A stretch of DNA of 64,000 bases from an uncultured Nitrososphaeraceae archaeon (GCA_963765895.1 CAVXZB010000019.1:288001-352000); one strand, 5' to 3'; positions 12,454 to 20,623 are shown, counted from the first letter of the stretch. Translations and numbers: made by a program. The notes: generated by a model not told the origin, from the sequence alone.

Positions 12454-13038
12454 TTAACTAATCGCCTTCTCACAGTCGTTGAACTCATCTGTCCCTTCTT
12501 TTAGATGATATTTAGTAAGACATGTATCGTTGACAGATATGTCGTCATATGTCGGCCCCAAGTCAGCAAGGAGTTTAGTCGTCGAATAAAAGGAATTGGC
12601 ATCTATTGTTTGACCATTACAGTTATACCAGTTATGATAGCCAATTTGTATGCATGCTCTAGCAATAGTCTCATTCAACTTATCTGACACTATGAAATAG
12701 CCCACGTCTAGTATACTAGCATTAGTTCGCGGTATATCAGTTTCTTTTATCAGATGGCATACAAGTGGCTTTGGATTGGTATAGTTAACATTGAAGTCTA
12801 AACAGGCCGTAAGATTTTGATTTAAAAGCATAGTCTGTCTATTTAGAGACGACGGATATGTCTCGTCTAGAAATATATGATAGCCCCTCAAACCCTTTGG
12901 AATATTTGAGTCGCTCGCTGTCCAATAACCTTGACTTGCCATTGCACTCTGCGCGCCTATCATTAGTGTTGCGCCTAGCGACACAACTAGAGACGCAACT
13001 AGGACTAGAACTGCAATTGCGCTAATTAGTATTTTCAT
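12454..13038 (-). CDS. Secreted hypothetical protein with six Cys
   Basis: Likely start MKILISA at 13038; signal peptide ending LMIGAQSAMA; abuts the downstream gene. Confidence 0.78.
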   Translation of the reverse strand: MKILISAIAVLVLVASLVVSLGATLMIGAQSAMASQGYWTASDSNIPKGLRGYHIFLDETYPSSLNRQTMLLNQNLTACLDFNVNYTNPKPLVCHLIKETDIPRTNASILDVGYFIVSDKLNETIARACIQIGYHNWYNCNGQTIDANSFYSTTKLLADLGPTYDDISVNDTCLTKYHLKEGTDEFNDCEKAIS

Positions 13039-13368
13039 TGTTTGTCCAACCCGCTGAATCTGGACCCTTTGTACAATCCCAATTTGACTCATCTGCGTCA
13101 CTCGAAGTATTAGGATTCACACTACAGAAGCCAGTTACATAGCCTTTTATAAACTCCCATGTATGGAATGGAAAGCCCCTACCTGGATCTAGGATGTACA
13201 AGTGACATCCAGACGGATTTAAACAACTATCCTTTCCATCAGTTACTCCGTGACTGAATCTTGATTGATATGTAGATATTGCAACGACATTCGAGCTCGT
13301 GTGTGGAAATACTGAGAGGACGGCCATCAAGGCACAAGATTGATTCCCTCGGCTATGATGGTTTTCAT
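13022..13368 (-). CDS. Secreted YxxG(Y/F)xxG family protein (frame break in the leader; may be decaying)
   Basis: 46/78 identical residues (manual ungapped alignment) to 15131-15460; upstream MKTIIA start at 13368 is out of frame. Confidence 0.72.
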
Positions 13369-13536
13369 TTCACTTTACCATACATAACTTGATGCTGAGA
13401 TAAAAGTGGAAAGGGATGCCATTATAACATACTTTTTTTGTTCCCAACCTACTGTATATATGACAGATAGATGATATTGAACATTCTGATTAAGACATCT
13501 AGAAAAAGATTCTCAGCTAACCACAAAGTGGAACAG

Positions 13537-13576
13537 TGTCACACATTATCGAGTGCTGTTACACATTATAGTTACA
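13537..13576 (+). promoter_or_regulatory. 40-bp motif, copy 1 (internal GTYACACAT sub-repeats)
   Basis: 33/40 identical to 14026-14065; intergenic. Confidence 0.5.
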
Positions 13577-13713
13577 CATGAGAGTGGGAATTGGATTTAG
13601 GTCTTTCAGCAGGACAGAAAAATGTGATATATAACTTTTCAGAAATATCCTCTTAAAACAATAAAGTGTATCTTTGTTATAGAACTTACGATAGATCATT
13701 GGGGGTGATAGGA

Positions 13714-13914
13714 ATGTGGAGAGACATAATAGGTGCGCTTACCATGGTGATGCTGATCGTAATGGTAACCACAACGGTATATGCAATGAGTGATTACGAA
13801 CGAGGTTATCGTAATGGATGCGCTGATCATATAAAAGGAGGTTCATACTGGTTGCTATTGCCGTCGCAAGATTATGCACGCGGGTACGATGCTGGATACA
13901 ACGGCTGCCGTTAA
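13714..13914 (+). CDS. Small secreted protein, minimal YxxGYxxG hairpin
   Basis: GGGGGTGAT ribosome-binding site, leader ending VYA, YERGYRNGC...YARGYDAGYNGC. Confidence 0.75.
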   Translation: MWRDIIGALTMVMLIVMVTTTVYAMSDYERGYRNGCADHIKGGSYWLLLPSQDYARGYDAGYNGCR

Positions 13915-14025
13915 CGATATTTTATAACGGTAGAATATGTATGCAAGACGATAACATAGCATAAGGACGACTTCTTATCTTCACTAGTCTTTACCAGGAT
14001 ATGTCTTTTGTTCTGGATATAATAT

Positions 14026-14065
14026 TGTCCCACATTATCGAACACTGTTTCACATGATAGTCACA
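14026..14065 (+). promoter_or_regulatory. 40-bp motif, copy 2
   Basis: 33/40 identical to 13537-13576; upstream of ORF 14176. Confidence 0.5.
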
Positions 14066-14175
14066 GGCCTTGACAACGAAATGACACTTCGTTTCTAATC
14101 AACTGAAATTAGAATCTTCTTCTAGAAAGAATAGGCAAAATGTTCAATAGTATCAGCAACTAGAATTGTGACAGG

Positions 14176-14472
14176 TTGAGCAATGTCAAATCAACTATCG
14201 TAATGACACCAGTCATGATGGCGACGATAATGTTGATAATAGTTCTAGGATCGCCAGTAGGAAACGTGAGTGCAAAGAAGAGTAGTGATAATGGGATAAA
14301 TAATGCTGATCGATGCTTCCAAGCTGGAAAAGACGACGGAAGAAATAGTCAATTCAGTCAGTCAGAATTCGATAATTGCGGATCATCTTATGAACACGGA
14401 TTTATGAAAGGGTGTCTATCGGTAGGTGGTAACACACGAGATGTATGTAATAATGCGGAGGATGCAGGCTAG
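14176..14472 (+). CDS. Small secreted four-Cys protein, divergent YxxG(Y/F)xxG family member
   Basis: Leader ending VSA; CFQAGKDDG...C..SYEHGFMKGC. Confidence 0.75.
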   Translation: MSNVKSTIVMTPVMMATIMLIIVLGSPVGNVSAKKSSDNGINNADRCFQAGKDDGRNSQFSQSEFDNCGSSYEHGFMKGCLSVGGNTRDVCNNAEDAG

Positions 14473-14510
14473 GCTTGGCGAGTACACACAAAGGCAAGGT
14501 ATGTAGTTCA

Positions 14511-14990
14511 ATGAAGACAATCATTGCAATATCAGTCATTAGTATGTTAGCGTTAGGCATGTCATTCTTGCCGACGAGCGTATACGCACAAGGCGCCGCG
14601 TATAACAAAGGATACAATGACGCATCATGTGACGCGGTATCATGTCATGGACATGGATACGAACCAAGTTGTCCAGGTGATCACAGTAGTGAATACTGCT
14701 CAAATTATGGAGATGGGTATGCTGCAGGATGGGCTGCTTCAACGAATGCCAATAGCAATGGACAACAACCACTTATGAACTCCCCACCACCTCCGTTCTC
14801 ACAAGCACCAAATCAGGGTCAAGGCACAGCCAATGGCGGCAATAACATCAACGGAAATAACAACATAATCAATCAACAACAATCACAACAAGAACGCTCT
14901 GACAATGGAAATAGTGGCAATGGCGGCGACAATGGTGATAACAGGGGTCAACTACCTCAATGCAAAGCCTTCTGCACAGGAGTTCAGTAA
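14511..14990 (+). CDS. Secreted YxxG family protein with P/Q/N/G-rich tail
   Basis: MKTIIAISV...VYA leader; YNKGYNDA...YGDGYAAGW; low-complexity tail ending QCKAFC. Confidence 0.78.
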   Translation: MKTIIAISVISMLALGMSFLPTSVYAQGAAYNKGYNDASCDAVSCHGHGYEPSCPGDHSSEYCSNYGDGYAAGWAASTNANSNGQQPLMNSPPPPFSQAPNQGQGTANGGNNINGNNNIINQQQSQQERSDNGNSGNGGDNGDNRGQLPQCKAFCTGVQ

Positions 14991-15130
14991 GTAGTGAGCA
15001 GCGGAGATTTCGTCTCACTAACACTCATCAGTATGTCGGCATTGTTCTAAGCTTGCTAATCAGTCCGGTACGCGGAGATGCTTATTGTACTCGTTTTCAT
15101 CAAGGGCTATCGGATGGAGTGCGTTAGAAA

Positions 15131-15460
15131 TTGAGAATGTTTCAAGCGCTCTGTCAATTCTGCGCCGCAATTGCCATTCTAGTAATGATTGTTCAGCCAT
15201 CTGCATTTGCATTATCTTCATACCGATCCGGCTTTAATCACGGCATTAGTGATGAAAGAGATGGATGCAAGCATCCAGATGGATGTCACTGGTATATTAT
15301 ACAACCAGGTAAGGGCTTTGCCTTTCATTCAAAGGAATTCGATAGGGGATATGTAGATGGCTTTTGCAGTGTTGATCCAAAGGCATCAAGTGACGCAGAT
15401 CAGGCAACCTTTGACTGTTTAAAGGGCCCAGATTCTGCTTCATGGGTGAGTGACAAGTGA
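15131..15460 (+). CDS. Secreted YxxG(Y/F)xxG family protein
   Basis: Leader ending AFA; YRSGFNHG...EFDRGYVDGFCS...FDC.KGPDSA.W. Confidence 0.8.
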   Translation: MRMFQALCQFCAAIAILVMIVQPSAFALSSYRSGFNHGISDERDGCKHPDGCHWYIIQPGKGFAFHSKEFDRGYVDGFCSVDPKASSDADQATFDCLKGPDSASWVSDK

Positions 15461-16545
15461 ATGTAATACTGAGTGCAATGGTAGTCATCCTAATAATAGG
15501 CGCGCTCGTTTTTCCTATGGAAAAACAGCAGTCTGCCTATGCACAAGTTGGATCTACTAGCTCAATGACATCAACTGACCCTGGACAATTCTCAGAGCTT
15601 CCACATTCAGACCATCCACAAGCTGCCTATCAGTCAGGCTTTCAACACGGTGTAATTGATGCAAATACCTCATCAAATACAACATCGTATATTGACCAGC
15701 CAAAACATGGCTTTGCGTGGCATACATCAGAGTTTGTCAAAGGATATGTCAATGGATACTGTAGCATACCTGCCAACAAAGATGTGGGAACTGATGATGA
15801 TAGGGCCGCATTTTACTGTCCGGATGGTCCAAGCTCTGCGAAATGGTTCATAGGCAAACACGAGCCAATTACAGAGGGCGTCGTTGTAGCCACTTACGGC
15901 ATTCCATCAGCGGGCGTGAATGTAACATATCAGTATTATGATAAGACTTCAGGCTCATCCGGTTCCGAAACCGCAATGGTAAAGGAAAACGGAACAATGC
16001 ATTTTCTAGGATCCACTGCCGAACTAGTCGGGTTTTACCCCGGAGATAAAATGACGGTATCGGTAAGCCAGTGTATCACACGACTGAATGCATATGGCTA
16101 TCGGGAATGCATACCACAATCCACTCTCGACAACAAGACGATAACACTGGGTGAAACTGGTGGTATTGTTAGCCTTGATCTATCGAAGAGTGGAAAGGGT
16201 CTAGTCCATAGTGCACCAGAAGCGCCACCTAGCACACCACGCAAGCCACTTCCAGTACCCAAGGCAGCACCAGGCCACGCCAATATTCAAAGCAGATTCA
16301 CACATGGCACAGAGGCCCGTAGACAGATTGATTATCAGCTAGGCGCTAACTGTGTTGACACTACATGTTGCTTTAGGGGCTGGAAATGTGATGGTACTAT
16401 GGCCGCTGAGTGTGGATATGCTCCTTCGACCAGTGCGGCTGATATAGCAAAGATGAAAGCTACATTACGACAACGCTTTTTGAATAAAAATCCATGCGTA
16501 TACACATCATCTCCATGTAAGCAAGAACCATTAATGCCTCCCTAG
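15457..16545 (+). CDS. Multidomain secreted protein: family domain, beta-rich domain, Pro linker, Cys-rich tip
   Basis: GTGA overlap with the upstream gene; leader ending AYA; YQSGFQHG...EFVKGYVNGYCS. Confidence 0.82.
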   Translation: MNVILSAMVVILIIGALVFPMEKQQSAYAQVGSTSSMTSTDPGQFSELPHSDHPQAAYQSGFQHGVIDANTSSNTTSYIDQPKHGFAWHTSEFVKGYVNGYCSIPANKDVGTDDDRAAFYCPDGPSSAKWFIGKHEPITEGVVVATYGIPSAGVNVTYQYYDKTSGSSGSETAMVKENGTMHFLGSTAELVGFYPGDKMTVSVSQCITRLNAYGYRECIPQSTLDNKTITLGETGGIVSLDLSKSGKGLVHSAPEAPPSTPRKPLPVPKAAPGHANIQSRFTHGTEARRQIDYQLGANCVDTTCCFRGWKCDGTMAAECGYAPSTSAADIAKMKATLRQRFLNKNPCVYTSSPCKQEPLMPP

Positions 16546-16554
16546 GCATCCGGG

Positions 16555-16561
16555 TTTTTTT
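16555..16561 (+). terminator. Oligo-T terminator
   Basis: T7 run about 10 nt after the last gene of the rightward arm. Confidence 0.45.
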
Positions 16562-17526
16562 GTATTACCAACAAGTGTCAATTAGGTATTAGACTTTACA
16601 CTAAATATCAAGATGTTGGGGTAGGTATAGTGTTAGGCAATGGGCATATAGATATAGATATGTTATATCAAGACGTCATAACATTCAGGGCGTGTATCGA
16701 GCACTATCATTTTAAGCCTGTACTGACAAATTCCATGAATGTTATGAAGCACTTAGCTAGCCTAGGAACGGCCCCGAGATAACACCATGCATATGCTTAC
16801 TTTTACTACCTTTCGGCTAAGTCCAGTTATCTATATGCACTTGGTCTATTGACAAATTACAAATGCCTTGCCATTTGAGAAATGGGGTGCCTTGCACCTC
16901 TAGGCTTCCTTTATCTATAACTGTACAGGCTCACTGGGTGCCTATATGTTGTCAGACAAACGGTGCAATGAGTAAATTCTCCTTAGTAATTCTAACATCA
17001 TATGTCTGATTTGGCTGTCAATCTCTACCTATGACCACGTATTTATGATGATCTTTATAATCTGGCATTTCGCATATAGGGTTGAATTGCCATTCCTGGG
17101 ATAATTATGCCGGACTTGGTTAACTAGTCAAATGTTGTCCTATGTGCTGAACTTATTACGGATTACCGAACTTATAGTGATTCGTATAGACTAGATGATA
17201 CTATCTATAGATATCATCAATGAGTTGATAGAAATAAAGTTCATCTTCAGTCTTATTGGTTTTACCTATCAATAGAATCAGCTAGTCTTGAATCTTACCA
17301 TAGTCAGGCTGCAGGTTAAGATTTTATCTTTCAAGAACTGCATATCATATCTGACTTATTATGAATCCAGACTATTGTGGGTGTAGCTGCGTTTAATACC
17401 AACCGGGGGCCCAATAGCCAATCGATAATTGCATATGCAGTGTGCGCGCGTACCATAGCATATGGCTAGTTATGAGTGATTATTGCAAGTTTTTACTGCT
17501 GGCTATTAATCCAGTACCTTTTTTAT

Positions 17527-17832
17527 TATATAAGGCAAAAACTGCAATTTTGCTTTATATAGTACCGAAATGTTGACCAGGTACTAATCCACGGCTGTTT
17601 TGTGACTGTTATTAGAGATAGGTCTAGGCGTATGTATTTGGGCCGGTTTTTAACCTGAATCACCATTGAGTCAGTCGGTGAGATATGGTTAGGCATATTA
17701 CATTTAAGGAAAAACTATAAGATTTTGCCTATATAGTCTTCATACCCTGACTACCATTGGAACGAGCAGGCTTTGTGACCATTAAAAGATATCGTTTTAG
17801 GCATATAAAAAAGGAGTGGTTTTTAGGCGCAT
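17527..17832. repeat. Degenerate tandem duplication (period ~173 bp) with a 14-bp inverted repeat
   Basis: TAAGG, TTTGTGAC, TAGGC and GGTTTTT each recur at +173/174; TATATAAGGCAAAA-7 nt-TTTTGCTTTATATA. Confidence 0.6.
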
Positions 17833-18546
17833 CATAGTCTGGAAATCCATATCCTATTTTGTTTTAAATATTGATGGTCTAACCCCAGGTTTTACCATCC
17901 AAAAAGGCATATGTTTGTACTAGAAAGAAAGGCATTAGACGATTTTACTATAGTGGTATTAAAAAAAGAAAATTTGGTTCAATCTGGGGGTTGCTTTTTT
18001 CGATTGATACTTATGTTTAGTTGGATTAAATTTGCTAAACTGAGACTAACTACTATTACAGTTTCCACTACTACCCCTGTCACTGCAGTAAAGTTTTTTA
18101 TATTCTTCTTTCCTAAGAAGTCAGGACTGAAGTTCATCACCTTCATCACCTCCTCAGATACTCACCTAAGGCTACTCTCCAAAGTCAAAACCTTAGGTGG
18201 ACTGAGAGGACTATTATCATATATACATTTTGGCTATCCAAAACTCCGCGCGTTTAGCCTCTTGCTCGCCCAAAAGGAGTCCAATTTTTACTCCTCGCAA
18301 ATTACATTTTCCACAAAAACGCGTATAAGTACGTAAAAGATGTGGACATTTGAGCAGGGAGATGGAACAAGAGAATCGCTCCATTTGGTCTGGGAGCTTG
18401 GGAAATTTGGGAATTGTGGGTTGGGTGGTTGGTTCCCTTTCTAAACTTGTTGCACATATTTCCGGTCAACCGAAGTAGTTAGTAACGACCTACCTATACC
18501 GAAATGTACTTCTATCTAATATCTTCCGATTGTTACATTTTTACAT

Positions 18547-19009
18547 CTAGAGGCGACCGTTGCCAAAAGTAAAGATATTCCCCTCCCATCCACGAGGTGA
18601 AGTACCTGATGTATAAGTTCCAACCATAATATTTCTACAATTGGGTATATCAGTGGTAAGGCATGGATTGTCTCTGAAGAAGTAACCCGTCCAAGTTCTA
18701 GTAATGCCCCCGATAACTGCAGAAAAATCTAGCTTTCCTGTAAGAGAATTATAAGTACCTTGAATAGGAATCGAACCGTATTTCCAGCCGACTAAGCTAC
18801 CTATTGCTAACTTGCCTAAATGACTTACTGTAACCCACCTTCAATGTAGAATGACTCGATGATGTGGGATTCAGAGCCTGAATCAAATCCCAGTTGCCCT
18901 GAGGAGGATCAATACCATATGCAATGCTTGATGGAATTAAGAATATCGTGAACAAGCAACAAGCCGCTACTATTATTCCTTTATTGTCAAAAAAATTAAT
19001 TTTTTTCAT
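18547..19009 (-). CDS. Secreted probable beta-barrel protein (+1 frameshift near 18835)
   Basis: Signal peptide, then GNWD...; the shifted frame reads IPIQGTYNSLTGKLDFS...TRTWTGYFF...MVGTY...GW to TAG at 18547. Confidence 0.68.
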
Positions 19010-19298
19010 TAGATTTGGTTATGTAGATATTATATTAAACTTCCTTTCAGCAACTCTTATGACTTATCATAAAAGTAGTATATTTTAGACTAGACCGAAG
19101 TACGGCTCAATTATTTGTCCTAAAATACAGTTGTCTATAAAACGTCACTTTTATACCGCCTTTGCCAAAACGTTACTAGCAAAGGACTAAACCCTTGAGC
19201 GCGAAATCACTAACGATATCTCATGCGATATGACCGTTCAAATAAGGGAGGATTAATAGACTACTTAGGAAAACACGTGTGATTCGAAGTCCTACTCG

Positions 19299-19555
19299 CT
19301 ACTCGCATCCAGGATTGTTTTGCCTATTGAATTTATCAATAAGATCTTCTGGATTAATATTATGTCCCTGTTGGTCTTTAGCTTGAATATGCAAGTGAAC
19401 TGCATTCGCACCAGTACTACCTGTAACTCCTAGTTCAGTATCAGGACTAACTTCCTGACCATCAACTACGTTTATTTGTGAAGCATGTAAATACTGTATT
19501 GTACTACCATCTGGAAGTACCACGGTTATAGTGTTATATTTACTGCCTGGTACAA
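19299..19555 (-). pseudogene. C-terminal fragment of an M23 (LytM-type) zinc metallopeptidase
   Basis: YNTITVVLPDGSTIQYLH, V.DGQEV, LGVTGSTG, HLH, NP; the N-terminal HxxxD motif is absent. Confidence 0.75.
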
Positions 19556-20479
19556 TGAGAAAGTAGAATCTCCACATTTATCGGCAGCATACCGGATATC
19601 TCGCACCTAGTTTTGAACCATTTCCTCAACGAGTGGTTAGCCTGGAATGGGTGGCGTCTCTTTCCGTTCGCCAGCTTCTTTCTAAGACCTTGTGCCCATA
19701 TAGCTCTCTCCATCAGCCTTTTTAGTCCTAGTGCTGCCAAGTCTCTTGGGCTTAGTTACAAGACCTTTTCCATACGGCTTTGAGACATCCCATAAGTCAC
19801 GCATAAGCCAGCTATCTTCAGTTATAGTCTCCCCAGATTCTTCTCTATATTTCATCCAGTGCGCTAAGGCACGATAGGCTTCAGGTGTAATGAAGCTAAA
19901 ATATTCATCCTCTTCCCCATCGTACACTATTATCTTTGCTGCAACTAATTCGTCATCTTTCTTTATCGGAACAACATTGCCCCATTTTAGGTAGTCCCAG
20001 GCTCCCAGCCGTAGACCTGCGCTAGCCATAGTTAGCACTATCGCCTTAATTCTCCTATCAGGATACTCCATAATCTTCTTTATCTCATCTATTGAAGGTA
20101 CTCGATCATCTGCATATCGTCTTTCTTTTGGTAGACCCTTGGTTATCTTTTTCCATTGTATTTATAGGTCAGCCATCTCTGAGAATAACTTTATACTTTT
20201 GACATAGTTTCTTAAGGTGCCTGGCCTTATCTCTTTCCGATTTACTCGCTCTAATTCATGCTTTATAAATTTCAGGATACTATTAAATGCCCAGTTGCCG
20301 TCTTGACATCCCATCCTAGCAAATAGCCTGGCTTGCTCCTCAATACTTCCAGGAAGGCCAATATATTCGAAGAACTTAGACAATCTTTTCTGGTACTTTA
20401 GTCTGGTTATAGGCGATTTCATGGCATACAAATAGACTGACCATGGATCTATTTGTGAAGTTGATTGACCTTCTATCAA
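19540..20479 (-). pseudogene. Tyrosine recombinase/integrase, inactivated
   Basis: SAGLRLG, HSLRK and LLSH motifs; in-frame TAA at 20162-20164, +1 frameshift near 19740, truncated before the catalytic Tyr. Confidence 0.88.
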
Positions 20480-20536
20480 TTTATCCTTTAATCACCATTA
20501 ATTCTGTGAACCCACTAAAAAGCACTGTTATAGGAG

Positions 20537-20623
20537 CGGGCCCGTCGGGAATCGAACCCGAGACAGCCGGATTTCTTCCAATAGATAAAAGTCCGGTACT
20601 CTACCTGGCTGAGCTACGGGCCC
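20537..20623 (-). tRNA. tRNA-Lys(UUU) with a 13-nt intron at 37/38 (20573-20585)
   Basis: GGGCCCG/CGGGCCC acceptor stem, CCGGA-CT-TTT-A[intron]A-TCCGG anticodon arm, GGTTCGATTCC T arm. Confidence 0.93.

Larger units (their letters stand above)
11495..20550. mobile_element. tRNA-Lys-integrated element (~9 kb), probably immobilised
   Basis: 17-bp terminal direct repeats matching the tRNA 3' end, tyrosine integrase next to the tRNA, no housekeeping genes inside. Confidence 0.88.

Noticed and set aside
13022-15860. Diversity-generating retroelement (template/variable repeat) among the paralogous genes
   Set aside because: Differences affect all four bases and resemble ordinary paralogue divergence; no reverse transcriptase in the window.
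13537-17832. CRISPR or similar guide array
   Set aside because: Repeats occur in only two to four degenerate copies without regular unique spacers; no cas genes.
17911-18336. 141-aa ORF on the + strand
   Set aside because: F/L/K/T-biased with no motif, and overlaps the DNA repeat structures; likely spurious.
20162-20164. Stop-codon readthrough (Sec/Pyl) in the integrase
   Set aside because: The codon is TAA, and the gene is also truncated.
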